This document shows positions 36,327 to 45,728 of a stretch of 64,000 nt of DNA, piece after piece. A program made the position numbers and the translations under genes. This DNA comes from an uncultured Candidatus Saccharibacteria bacterium (GTDB lineage: Bacteria; Patescibacteriota; Saccharimonadia; Saccharimonadales; Saccharimonadaceae): assembly GCA_947085845.1 (NCBI GenBank), contig CAMTXO010000002.1, forward strand, positions 234,231-298,230. The letters are read 5' to 3'. Positions within the stretch are counted from its first letter, which is position 1. Each line of letters starts with the position of its first letter. Under the pieces are notes generated by a model that saw only the letters and a list, made by a program, of their open reading frames with translations, searched no databases and was not told the origin of the DNA.

Positions 36327-37871
36327 ATGATATACAATTTTTTATACATGAATGACACCTATAAAGCGAGAATAGGAAATCTGATTCAACAGTCACGCCT
36401 GTCTAGAGGCCTTACTCAACAACAATTGGCCGAGAGTCTCAATACATCACAGAGTGCTGTTAATCGCATAGAAAAAGGCGGACAAAATATCAGCCTTGAG
36501 ATGTTAGCTCGCATTAGCGAAGTACTTTCCAGTGACCTTGTGCACTTTAACCAGTCTGGTACGGTTAATTTTCGGGTACATGGTGGTAGAAAATTAAGTG
36601 GTAAGATTACAGTTAATACTAGTAAAAATGCTGCTGTTTCGATCTTGTGCGGCGCACTTCTCAATCGCAACACCACTGTATTGAAGCGTGTTCCAAAGAT
36701 CGAAGAAGTTAATCGAATTATAGAGGTTCTTCAAAGTATTGGGGTGAAAACACGATGGTTTGGAGAAAGTGATCTTGAGATAATCCCCCCTGCTCGGCTT
36801 AAGCTAGAAAACATTGATTTCACCGCCGCTCAAAAGACAAGAACCATTATCATGTTCCTTGGACCATTACTGCATAGATACAAAAAATTTAAAATTCCAT
36901 ACGCAGGTGGATGCCATTTGGGTGAACGTACTATAGAGCCCCACCTAGACGGGTTGCGTCATTTTGGCCTAGAAGTAGTAACGAAAAGTCATTATTACGA
37001 AGTTACCTCTCGCAAAAAACCGGCCCAAAGACCGATAGTCCTCAGTGAGCGGGGCGAAACCGCAACAGAAAATATTTTATTTGGTGCAGCTATGACTGAA
37101 GGTGAAACTATTATTCGCAATGCTAGTTTCAACTACATGGTACAAGATACCTGTTTATTTCTTCAAAAACTAGGAGTCAAAATAGATGGCATAGGCACCA
37201 CAACTCTTCATATACATGGCAAGAAAAATATAGACAAAAAAGTTGAACACACCTTGGCTGAAGACCCCATTGAAGCAATGAGCCTGCTGACGGCCGCAAT
37301 TGTGACGAAGTCTGAAATAACTATAGAACGAGCTCCAATAGAATTTTTAGAAATAGAGCTTGGGCTTTTGGAAAAGATGGGCTTTCACTACGAACTTACC
37401 AAAGAATACACAGCAACGAATGGTTTTACGAGACTCGTTGATATCACAACAAAAGTAAGCCAACTCCACGCACCAGTAGATAAGATTCATGCACTACCAT
37501 TCCCTGGTATCAACATGGACAACCTTCCTTTTTTTGCTGTTATTGCAGCGACTGCGAAAGGTCGCTCTCTACTACACGACTGGTCATTTGAAAATAGAGC
37601 TATCTACCTAACTGAGCTCAACAAACTCAATGCAAATATCGAATTACTCGACCCCCACAGAGCTTATATAGAAGGTCCTACAAATTGGAAGAGTGCAGAG
37701 ATTGTGACTCCACCAGCGCTCAGACCTGCGGTCGTTATCCTGCTAGCAATGTTAGCTGCACCAGGCGTTTCTACGCTGCGTAATATATATTCCATTGCTA
37801 GAGGATACGAGGATTTCGCTAATCGACTAAACTCTTTGGGTGCAAAAATAGAATCTTTCAGAGAAGTATAA
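36327..37871 (+). CDS. murA: XRE-family HTH domain fused to UDP-N-acetylglucosamine 1-carboxyvinyltransferase (MurA)
   Basis: aa ~15-70 read IGNLIQQSRLSRGLTQQQLAESLNTSQSAVNRIEKGGQNISLEMLARISEVL (HTH_3). This is directly followed by NFRVHGGRKLSGKITVNTSKNAAVSIL (MurA N-terminus), and the catalytic Cys lies in YAGGCHLGERTIEPH. The start is probably the ATG at 36348. Confidence 0.85.
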   Translation: MIYNFLYMNDTYKARIGNLIQQSRLSRGLTQQQLAESLNTSQSAVNRIEKGGQNISLEMLARISEVLSSDLVHFNQSGTVNFRVHGGRKLSGKITVNTSKNAAVSILCGALLNRNTTVLKRVPKIEEVNRIIEVLQSIGVKTRWFGESDLEIIPPARLKLENIDFTAAQKTRTIIMFLGPLLHRYKKFKIPYAGGCHLGERTIEPHLDGLRHFGLEVVTKSHYYEVTSRKKPAQRPIVLSERGETATENILFGAAMTEGETIIRNASFNYMVQDTCLFLQKLGVKIDGIGTTTLHIHGKKNIDKKVEHTLAEDPIEAMSLLTAAIVTKSEITIERAPIEFLEIELGLLEKMGFHYELTKEYTATNGFTRLVDITTKVSQLHAPVDKIHALPFPGINMDNLPFFAVIAATAKGRSLLHDWSFENRAIYLTELNKLNANIELLDPHRAYIEGPTNWKSAEIVTPPALRPAVVILLAMLAAPGVSTLRNIYSIARGYEDFANRLNSLGAKIESFREV

Positions 37872-37879
37872 ACAAGCTA

Positions 37880-38422
37880 TTAAAAAGTCTCGAGCATAGG
37901 CTTGCCGCCATCCCAAGTAACCGTACCTACCGTTTTAGCAACAATTGTTTTTTTATCCGTTTTGATTGTAAGTTTTGAATCTTCTTCACTTACCTTTTTA
38001 GAAATTTTATACACATATCGAGTACCTTGGTTATCGAGAAACACCTCGTCTCCGTCCTTTAGTTGGTCTATGTTATAGAACAAAGACGCCTGACGAAGGC
38101 TGCTTGGTGTAATCCCAAAACCGAGATCTGGACCCGATACAATCACATCGCTATACGAAGGATCACCATCAAGTTTTACATCACCACCGTTTGCCTGAAC
38201 ATTTATTGCAGGTATGAAAATTTTATTACTTGTTGGTTTGGTTGTTTGTACTACATGTGCAGTACTAGCAACATCTGATAGTGGCCAACCATTGAGGTTG
38301 AGAACTGCCATCAAAAAACCACTGTAGGCAACAATAGTGAACAGCGCAAAAAAGCCGACCCATAGTTTCTTATGGCCTTTTTTGTCTTTTTCGACTATTC
38401 CTTTTTGATAATGATACTTCAT
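37880..38422 (-). CDS. Hypothetical membrane-anchored exported protein
   Basis: One TM segment followed by a beta-rich domain. It contains no Cys (see rejected sortase idea). Confidence 0.45.
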   Translation of the reverse strand: MKYHYQKGIVEKDKKGHKKLWVGFFALFTIVAYSGFLMAVLNLNGWPLSDVASTAHVVQTTKPTSNKIFIPAINVQANGGDVKLDGDPSYSDVIVSGPDLGFGITPSSLRQASLFYNIDQLKDGDEVFLDNQGTRYVYKISKKVSEEDSKLTIKTDKKTIVAKTVGTVTWDGGKPMLETF

Positions 38423-38440
38423 ACTTTTTTGATAATTTTA

Positions 38441-38518
38441 TGGGGCGAATGATGGGAATTGAACCCACGACCTCCTGAACCACAACCAGGCGCTCTAACC
38501 AACTGAGCTACATCCGCC
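38441..38518 (-). tRNA. tRNA-His (GUG) with encoded G-1
   Basis: G-1 opposite discriminator C73, anticodon arm CCTGG-TTGTGGT-TCAGG, T loop TTCAATT, and encoded CCA. Confidence 0.88.
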
Positions 38519-38551
38519 ATATAACCCTTGTACTCTGTACGAGCCATTTTA

Positions 38552-38953
38552 TCACAATTTGGATCGAAATTCAGGGTAGAACGGAGTATTAGTTACTGGC
38601 GGCGTTGATGGCATCGCCTGTGGCGGTATGGGATTAGATATAGTGTCAGCAGTATCTTCGGGATTCGCAAACCGCTGATTAATTTTTTCTCTCTCTGACT
38701 GAGCTGCCCTAGTTAAGTCTCCTCGAGCGGCGGTACTTGCTGTCGCGATCGAAGAATCAGCATACCTACCAACAGTACCTCTTATTCTGTCTATTTGGCG
38801 TCTTTGTGAAAAAGTTTCCCGTGACGATGAGCCAAATCGTGCACTGCGAGTTTTATCTTCGCTCATCCAAGTGTGCGATGCTTCTTTGGCTTGAAGACCA
38901 GTAGTGAGGTCTATGACTTTACTCACAATATTTTTTGGCTTACGCGTATACAT
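38552..38953 (-). CDS. Hypothetical protein
   Basis: ORF only. Low-complexity and basic. Confidence 0.4.
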   Translation of the reverse strand: MYTRKPKNIVSKVIDLTTGLQAKEASHTWMSEDKTRSARFGSSSRETFSQRRQIDRIRGTVGRYADSSIATASTAARGDLTRAAQSEREKINQRFANPEDTADTISNPIPPQAMPSTPPVTNTPFYPEFRSKL

Positions 38954-38970
38954 AAGCTTATTATAACAAA

Positions 38971-39675
38971 CTAGAGCTGTGCGTTAGTACTAACGTTGAC
39001 GACATCGTCTAAATCATCAATGAGGCCTAGGAGTTTGAGTATTTTTTCTGTTTTTTCTGGTTCTGGAACTACCGTACTTTTAGGCACATATTCTAGCCCA
39101 GCATCTTTTATTTCCAACCCGCTACTCACAATATCCTGGCGCACTTTTGCAAGATTTTTAGCCTCTGTATAAACGATAATCTCACCTTCTTCTTCGATAG
39201 CATCTTCCGCACCTGCATCTAAAACCTGTAGCAAAATATCCTCACCACTGCCCGCAACTGTTATGACACCTTTTCGGTCAAACTGGAAAACAACACTGCC
39301 TGGCTCAGCTATTCTTCCGCCATTTTTTGTTAGAATATTTTTCACTTCAGGGAAAGTGCGATTTTTGTTATCTGTTGCTGCTTCGATTATTAGTCCGACC
39401 CCACCTGGTCCGTAGCCTTCATAGGTGACCTCTTCTAATTGGGCAGCTGTTTTATCTTTTGCTCTATCGATGCTGCGCTGTATATTAGCATTTGGCATAT
39501 TGGCAGCTTTAGCTTTTTCAATAACCATTGCAAGTACTGAATTGGTCGTTGGATCAGTACCACTTCTGGCTGCAATAGCAATCTGGTTGCCTATTTTTGT
39601 AAAAATAGCACCACGTTTTGCATCGGCAGCACCTTTTTGCCGTTTAATTGTTGACCATTTCGAATGTCCTGACAT
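38971..39675 (-). CDS. YebC/PmpR family DNA-binding regulator
   Basis: MSGHSKWSTIKRQKGAADAKRGAIFTK is the canonical family N-terminus. Confidence 0.93.
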   Translation of the reverse strand: MSGHSKWSTIKRQKGAADAKRGAIFTKIGNQIAIAARSGTDPTTNSVLAMVIEKAKAANMPNANIQRSIDRAKDKTAAQLEEVTYEGYGPGGVGLIIEAATDNKNRTFPEVKNILTKNGGRIAEPGSVVFQFDRKGVITVAGSGEDILLQVLDAGAEDAIEEEGEIIVYTEAKNLAKVRQDIVSSGLEIKDAGLEYVPKSTVVPEPEKTEKILKLLGLIDDLDDVVNVSTNAQL

Positions 39676-39710
39676 ATACCGACATTATACCATGTTCAAT
39701 CTGTTAAAGA

Positions 39711-41192
39711 CTACTCTACTATATTATCTTTCCTGAAGTTATGGCGAGTTACTCGTTGCATATATATCGCTACGACTAATAATATAGCGTAGAATATAAT
39801 AACTCCAAAAATTGTAAAAGAAATATCTACTGAAACATTTGGTATACTGGCAAACCAGTCTATAACACTTGTCATATATGTTAATACAAAAAAAGCAGGT
39901 ATGCCCACAAAAGCCACCGATAGAGGAATGATGACAGCAAGAATACCAGCTACAAAAACAAATAGCATAGCCAATGGAACAAAAGGTAGTACTAGAAGAT
40001 TTGCAGGAAGAGCAAACAGCGCTAATATACCAAAACTAAATGCAATAATGGGCAATGTTGTTAACTGCGCAGAAATTGTCTCGCCTAAGATTTGTTGTAT
40101 CGTGCCCGGCTTTTTAGAACCAAAAAAATAGTTTTGAAAAAGTGGCGCCAATATCATTACTCCGGCGAATGCTGAAAATGATAGATACCAGCCCAAGTCT
40201 CCCCACATAAAACCAGGATTTATAAAAACAGTTACTGCAGCAGCAAACGGTAAAAGCACCATCGGGTGTATTTTTCGACCATAGTACCATGCAGCTAGGC
40301 TTAGTCCAGTTACCAATCCTGCACGCGTCATGCTGGGGCTAAATCCAGTCACTAATATAAAACTAAAAATCATCAAGCTACTCGAGAGCATAGCTAGGTA
40401 TTTTGAAATACTAGCAAATAGTCTACGAGCAAAACGTACCAAAATCGTCAGATTATACCCGCTGGCTACAACAATATGCGTCAGTCCAACTAGGCGCAGC
40501 TGTTCTTGCAGGCTCTCGGGTAAGCTTGATTTTTGACCAACTAAGTATCCTATTCCCAGACTAGCTTCTGGTTCGGGGATAGCTTTTCGGATACCGTCAC
40601 TAAACCAATCACGCAGCTCGCGGGCTTTATCGCTGTGTGTATTTTCTACGACCAAAATTTTTGCACGATACATACTAGCTGAAAAACTACCGAAACCTTC
40701 GTCTAAGCTACCACTCGAAGTCACTACATATCCCCGTTTTATATCCAAGTCTGTTGTCGTACTGAGCCAAATTGTGCCCAAAAAATCCCTTCCTTCCACA
40801 GAGATACTACTCAATTTGATTTGTTTTTCCCCATGCTTACCTGTTGTAACATCTTCACTTACAATGCCTTTTATTTTTACTGATTTGCTATACAACTGGT
40901 TATACCTTTCCAGTTGTATTTGAGTAGGTACTGCTCGTGCAATTCCCAACAACATACCAGATATTATAGCTAGAATAATAAACAAAGTTTTTCTTTTCCA
41001 AAAACATAAAAGAAGCAGTAATATCGCAGAGACAAACCAACTGAACCCATAAAATATCTCTGCAATTTGCAGGGTAGAAAATCCAACGCCCGTCAGAAAA
41101 CCAGCTGATACAAATGCAATGAAAACTGATGCGTGCTGCTGTCGTTTTAAAAACAGACTGATTTTTTGCATAATAAAATCATACCAGAACAA
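39711..41192 (-). CDS. comEC: ComEC/Rec2-family DNA uptake channel (no metallo-beta-lactamase domain)
   Basis: OB-like DUF4131 region followed by the competence-domain TM bundle (GLTHIVVASGYNLTIL). The alternative start is 41171. Confidence 0.8.
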   Translation of the reverse strand: MFWYDFIMQKISLFLKRQQHASVFIAFVSAGFLTGVGFSTLQIAEIFYGFSWFVSAILLLLLCFWKRKTLFIILAIISGMLLGIARAVPTQIQLERYNQLYSKSVKIKGIVSEDVTTGKHGEKQIKLSSISVEGRDFLGTIWLSTTTDLDIKRGYVVTSSGSLDEGFGSFSASMYRAKILVVENTHSDKARELRDWFSDGIRKAIPEPEASLGIGYLVGQKSSLPESLQEQLRLVGLTHIVVASGYNLTILVRFARRLFASISKYLAMLSSSLMIFSFILVTGFSPSMTRAGLVTGLSLAAWYYGRKIHPMVLLPFAAAVTVFINPGFMWGDLGWYLSFSAFAGVMILAPLFQNYFFGSKKPGTIQQILGETISAQLTTLPIIAFSFGILALFALPANLLVLPFVPLAMLFVFVAGILAVIIPLSVAFVGIPAFFVLTYMTSVIDWFASIPNVSVDISFTIFGVIIFYAILLVVAIYMQRVTRHNFRKDNIVE

Positions 41193-41205
41193 GTATATTC
41201 TTAGA

Positions 41206-42099
41206 TTATTTTGAGGCTAGTTCAACCAATTCTTGTACAAGCTCTGATATTGACATTCCAGCTGCTTCTGCAGCTTTTGGGAATAGGCTCTGAGCGGTGA
41301 GTCCAGGAATTGTATTTGCCTCAAGTGTATATATAGCTCCATCTGGAGAAATGATCATATCCGTCCTAGAAATATGCTTCAATTCAGCTAGTTTATGTAT
41401 TTTTTCAGCTAAAGCTTTAGCTTCTTGCGTCACACCTTTTGAAAGAATATCCGGCTCTATAAGCTCTTGGCTTTTACCATTATATTTATTTTCATAATCA
41501 AATTCCTCACCTTCTGGCGGAATGATTAGAATGACAGGCAGGGCGGTATTGCCTAAGACACTGACCGTTATTTCTTGGCCTATGATCAATTCTTCGAGTA
41601 ATAGTTCACCATACTTTTTAAAAGCGGCGTCAAAGTTAGTTATTTGATGCCCGGGATTGTGAATAATAAATGTATCAATGCTTGAGCCGCCTTTGATGGG
41701 TTTTAGCACATACGGTTTATGTTTCAGACCAGAGGTTGCAAAAGTGTCTTGGTTAACTATCTGCCAGTTTGGCGTCAATATACCATGTTCTGCCATACGT
41801 TCTTTGAAAGCTATTTTATCGAAAGCAATAGCTGATGCCTTTGAGCCTGTACCTAGAAATTTAGCTCCATGTTTTTCAAGCTCAGTTTGAATTTCACCAT
41901 CCTCACCACCAGCGCCATGAATAATGGGCAAAACTACATCTATTTTTTGTAGCTCATCTTTTAGGTTGAACTCGTCGGCTATATCAATAGTAGTAGTTGC
42001 GTAGCCTACTTTAGCCAAAGCAGCCTCTGTATTCTTGGCAGACTTTAGTGATATTTCACGTTCGTTAGATGGACCGCCGGTTAGTATTAGTACTCGCAT
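41206..42099 (-). CDS. ddl: D-alanine--D-alanine ligase
   Basis: ATP-grasp protein with GGPSNEREISL, HGAGGEDG, and C-terminal E.NT.PG.T motifs. Confidence 0.9.
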   Translation of the reverse strand: MRVLILTGGPSNEREISLKSAKNTEAALAKVGYATTTIDIADEFNLKDELQKIDVVLPIIHGAGGEDGEIQTELEKHGAKFLGTGSKASAIAFDKIAFKERMAEHGILTPNWQIVNQDTFATSGLKHKPYVLKPIKGGSSIDTFIIHNPGHQITNFDAAFKKYGELLLEELIIGQEITVSVLGNTALPVILIIPPEGEEFDYENKYNGKSQELIEPDILSKGVTQEAKALAEKIHKLAELKHISRTDMIISPDGAIYTLEANTIPGLTAQSLFPKAAEAAGMSISELVQELVELASK

Positions 42100-42126
42100 A
42101 TATATTTAAGTATAGCAAAATAAAGC

Positions 42127-42963
42127 TTATTGCCACTCACCTACTGCAGCGCGATAACTACCTAATACCGTGACTTTACAACCCTGATCATTTAATTCAG
42201 CGAGAGCATCTTTACATTTTTTATCATTAATACCCGTATCAATATCTATATAGAACATATAATGCCATGCTTTGCCTATAATTGGTCGTGACTGTATCTT
42301 GCTGAGGCTCAATGAGCGATTTGCAAAACAACCCAGCGCATTATAAAGCGCTCCCGCTACGTGGTTTGTACTAATTACGATAGATGTTTTATTTGGTTTT
42401 TTATCTGCATTATCATTTTTACTTAACACAATAAACCGAGTGTAATTTTCTTTGTTCGTCTCTACTGATCGAGCTAGTATTTTCATATTATACAGCTTTG
42501 CTGCTTCTTCACTCGCTATTGCGACTATACTTGGGTCATTGAGTTCTTTGACCATTTTCACACTTGTGGCTGTATCCTGATATTCAAGACGTTCTGCCTT
42601 AGCAATGTTTTTGTTTAAATATTCGTCACATTGCGCGAGAGCTACAGGATGTGAGTAAACCTTAGTTACAGAATCAAGATCTGTATCAGGCAGACCTATC
42701 AGACATTGTTCAACACGTAGGTATACCTCACCACATATATAAAACTGATTTTTTAGAACCAAATCGTAGACTTCATTAATTGAACCAAATAGTGAGTTTT
42801 CAATCGCACACAAAGCGTAGTGACTCTGATCGTTTTTTAAAGCATCAAAAGCACTGGCAAATGTATCACAGTATGTACGTTCAGTATTGTCACCAAAAAA
42901 ATCTCTGGCTGCAATATCGTGAAACGAAGCCTGATAGCCTTGTATTGAGATATTATTAATCAT
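42127..42963 (-). CDS. pheA: Prephenate dehydratase (PDT + ACT domains)
   Basis: AIENS..G.I, TRF (YTRFIVL), and ESRP-type ACT motif (IQSRPI). Confidence 0.85.
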   Translation of the reverse strand: MINNISIQGYQASFHDIAARDFFGDNTERTYCDTFASAFDALKNDQSHYALCAIENSLFGSINEVYDLVLKNQFYICGEVYLRVEQCLIGLPDTDLDSVTKVYSHPVALAQCDEYLNKNIAKAERLEYQDTATSVKMVKELNDPSIVAIASEEAAKLYNMKILARSVETNKENYTRFIVLSKNDNADKKPNKTSIVISTNHVAGALYNALGCFANRSLSLSKIQSRPIIGKAWHYMFYIDIDTGINDKKCKDALAELNDQGCKVTVLGSYRAAVGEWQ

Positions 42964-43077
42964 GTTTACTTATTGTACCATTTAGCAATACTGCGATTAA
43001 TTCAACCAAGAAAATAACCCCACAACAGGTGGGGTGATTTTCTTGGAGGGACACAGTGGAATTTATCAGGACTAAAC

Positions 43078-43581
43078 TTAGCCTAGATTGCCATATTGCT
43101 CAAGTATTCGCTGTTGATTAGCTTCAAATGTTTCGAGACCCATTGCTGCGCGTCTTTCTTCAAGTCGACCTTCATCTTCGATTTGTCGAGGAGCGAATTT
43201 GTCACCCTCTTTATAGAATTGCGTGCCATAAAGCTGCGGTCTGCCTTGGGCGACTCGCACCCTATCTTCAAGGTAGGCTATATTTGCAGCCCTCACCTCA
43301 GTGTCGGGTAGAGTCTTAAGTAATTCTAGGCACTTAGCCTGAAAATCAGGTTTGTGGTCTGCGTGTTGAACGAGTAGCCAGGCAGCCTGTGATACTTCGT
43401 CTCCAACCTTGGAAATAGTAGGCCAGCCATCTTCGTCAACAATTTTCTCAAGATATTCAGTATTTTGTTTATCTATCTCATCATTCCAGTGAGTCATGTC
43501 GCCTGATTCAATGACTTCATTTCGCATCGCCCGGTCTACCGCCGAACGGCGGATAAGTTCATTGCTTAATTCGTTGCTCAT
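43078..43581 (-). CDS. Hypothetical cytoplasmic protein
   Basis: ORF only. All-helical. Confidence 0.5.
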   Translation of the reverse strand: MSNELSNELIRRSAVDRAMRNEVIESGDMTHWNDEIDKQNTEYLEKIVDEDGWPTISKVGDEVSQAAWLLVQHADHKPDFQAKCLELLKTLPDTEVRAANIAYLEDRVRVAQGRPQLYGTQFYKEGDKFAPRQIEDEGRLEERRAAMGLETFEANQQRILEQYGNLG

Positions 43582-43643
43582 GAACTAATAATATCAAACA
43601 AAAAAGACTCCTCGGATGAGAAGTCTTTCATAGTGCTTATGCT

Positions 43644-43720
43644 TGGAGGACCAGGTGAGACTTGAACTCACGACACCCTGCTTAAAAGGCAGGTGCTCTA
43701 ACCAACTGAGCTACTGGTCC
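43644..43720 (-). tRNA. tRNA-Lys (UUU)
   Basis: GGACCAG acceptor, anticodon loop CTTTTAA, the same T arm as the CUU isoacceptor, and encoded CCA. A terminator follows. Confidence 0.9.
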
Positions 43721-43771
43721 GTAATTGAATAACAGATAGAACTATAGCAAATTTAAGGTGTTTCGTCTAGC

Positions 43772-44224
43772 CTAGCCTTTTTTTCGTGGACGGTGTGATA
43801 AAAGAATAGTTACTATTGCAACTATCAAACCGGCACCAACAGCAAGCCTAGCGTACTGACTGATTTCATCTATCAGCGGATCACCACCTGTTCCGAGCCC
43901 GACCACTAGTAGTGCCGCCGTAACTATAGCCATAACAGTTGAGTCTAAAATTCGCAGCAACATGCTAGATTCTTTGCCACCTACAATAATCAGTAGAAAA
44001 GCAGGGGCGAGAATAAGCGCTGTTGTGACCACACTTACTAGAGGTGGTGCGATGAGGTTTACGCCTTGTTGCTGCAAAATAATTGTTAACCAACCGCCCC
44101 ATTGCTGCGCAATTAACGCTCCGGCTGCAAGTCCTAATATTGGTAGACCCAGGCGTTTTTTTGAAAAATAGCCTATTACGAAAACTACCAAACTTATTAC
44201 TACTATTACAATGCTCATGTTCAT
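43772..44224 (-). CDS. Hypothetical membrane protein (4 TM)
   Basis: ORF and hydrophobicity only. Confidence 0.5.
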   Translation of the reverse strand: MNMSIVIVVISLVVFVIGYFSKKRLGLPILGLAAGALIAQQWGGWLTIILQQQGVNLIAPPLVSVVTTALILAPAFLLIIVGGKESSMLLRILDSTVMAIVTAALLVVGLGTGGDPLIDEISQYARLAVGAGLIVAIVTILLSHRPRKKG

Positions 44225-44241
44225 GAGCTTATTATAGCAAT

Positions 44242-45153
44242 TTACGCGCCAACTTTGTCTTTTTTGTTGCGTCTTTTTGCATTCAGCTCAATATACTCGA
44301 TAACTGCTTTTGCCACATTACGATCAGTATATTTTTCAATTGTGAATCCTGGACTAGCATTTACCTCGAGTATCAGAGGTCCGTTGTTAGACCTCATCAT
44401 ATCAACACCGCAAATGCTTAGACCCATTGCCTTTGCTGCTTTTGTTGCTGCTCGTTTTTCTTCGTCACTTAGTTTAATTTTAGTACCTTCACCGCCTTGG
44501 TGGATATTTGAACGAAAATCATCATCCAGGCTTTGGCGTTTCATACTGGCGACTACTCGTCCACCTACAACAAACGCCCGAATATCAGTTCCTGCTGATT
44601 CTTTGACAAATTCTTGCAACAAAATATTTGTTCCATCTTCGTTTCCTAGATAAAATGCCTGCAAAGTTGATTTAGCAGCTTTTTTGGTTTCGGCTAAAAC
44701 AACACCGTTCCCATGTGTACCACGAGCAAGCTTAATAATCACAGGAGTGCCCCCGATTTGCTCTAGCATATCATCAATATCTGTAGTGTTTCGACTAAAA
44801 ACAGTCTTTGGTATACCCACTCCTGATCGAGATAGTAGCTGCATGGACCGAAGTTTATCGTGAGAACGTCCAATCGCAATCGAACTAATGGGAGTGTACA
44901 CCCCTTGCATCTCGAATTGACGAACTATAGCGGTACCATACCGTGTCATGTGACCTGCTATACGAGGAATAATAGCGTCATATCCTGTCAAATATTCACC
45001 TTCGTAGCCAACACGAGGATTACTGCTTTCTATACTAGCGTAGCAGTCTCGATATTTAATGATGTCTACCTCGTGACCGCGGGCTTCAGCCTCTTCGACT
45101 AGACGTTTGGTCGAATAATTACCTGGTCCGTTTGAAAGTATTGCTATTCTCAT
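44242..45153 (-). CDS. rimK: RimK-family alpha-L-glutamate ligase (ATP-grasp)
   Basis: MRIAILS..., G..VI.KL..G..G.GV, and C-terminal EVN.SPG motifs. Confidence 0.85.
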   Translation of the reverse strand: MRIAILSNGPGNYSTKRLVEEAEARGHEVDIIKYRDCYASIESSNPRVGYEGEYLTGYDAIIPRIAGHMTRYGTAIVRQFEMQGVYTPISSIAIGRSHDKLRSMQLLSRSGVGIPKTVFSRNTTDIDDMLEQIGGTPVIIKLARGTHGNGVVLAETKKAAKSTLQAFYLGNEDGTNILLQEFVKESAGTDIRAFVVGGRVVASMKRQSLDDDFRSNIHQGGEGTKIKLSDEEKRAATKAAKAMGLSICGVDMMRSNNGPLILEVNASPGFTIEKYTDRNVAKAVIEYIELNAKRRNKKDKVGA

Positions 45154-45674
45154 TTCTCTAGCTCCTCAAGATATTCCTCGTCACCACGTTTTATTAGTTC
45201 GCGAGCAGCAGCCTTGAGTTCTTTTCTGTTCACTCCACTTCTGGTTACGTCTACTAAAAATCGGTTGCGGATTGCTTTTCTACCAACTAATACTGGAAAC
45301 ACATTCTGTGAACGATCCGCCAAAGTAAAAGATGTTTGAAATATTTTATAACCTAAACGTATTTTTAGGCTTACTTCATATCTTTTTACCTTGTGACCGG
45401 TCGAACTTGTAACTTCTATTTCCGTAAATGAACTAGTTTGAATTGTGCGTTTACGATTAAATGATGGGTGGGCGCCAATTGTAAATTTCAAATAGTCTTT
45501 ATTTTTCTTAGTGTATATTTCAATATCACGCGCATGAATAGCAGAACGATAGGCACCGGTATCAATTTTCGCCGGTACACCCTCAAGTTTCCCGACAACG
45601 TCGAGATGTTCGAACCTACCTATAACGACTGGGTATTTCTTCATGAATTTCCTGCTGCAATGTTTAATTGCCAA
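45150..45674 (-). CDS. RimK-associated retropepsin-like / 'ATP-dependent zinc protease' domain protein
   Basis: PAKIDTGAYRSAIHA motif. It overlaps the rimK start, a known pairing. Confidence 0.6.
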   Translation of the reverse strand: MAIKHCSRKFMKKYPVVIGRFEHLDVVGKLEGVPAKIDTGAYRSAIHARDIEIYTKKNKDYLKFTIGAHPSFNRKRTIQTSSFTEIEVTSSTGHKVKRYEVSLKIRLGYKIFQTSFTLADRSQNVFPVLVGRKAIRNRFLVDVTRSGVNRKELKAAARELIKRGDEEYLEELEK

Positions 45675-45728
45675 ATATTAGTATAATTATAACACTTTTA
45701 ACTGTATAATTCAATGCTATTTATAGTC

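Noticed and set aside
37880-38422. Sortase call for the 180-aa membrane-anchored protein (IFIPAINV... and GDEV...G.RYVYKI resemble sortase strands)
   Set aside because: The protein contains no cysteine at all (no TLxTC) and no convincing catalytic His or Arg. I kept it as hypothetical.
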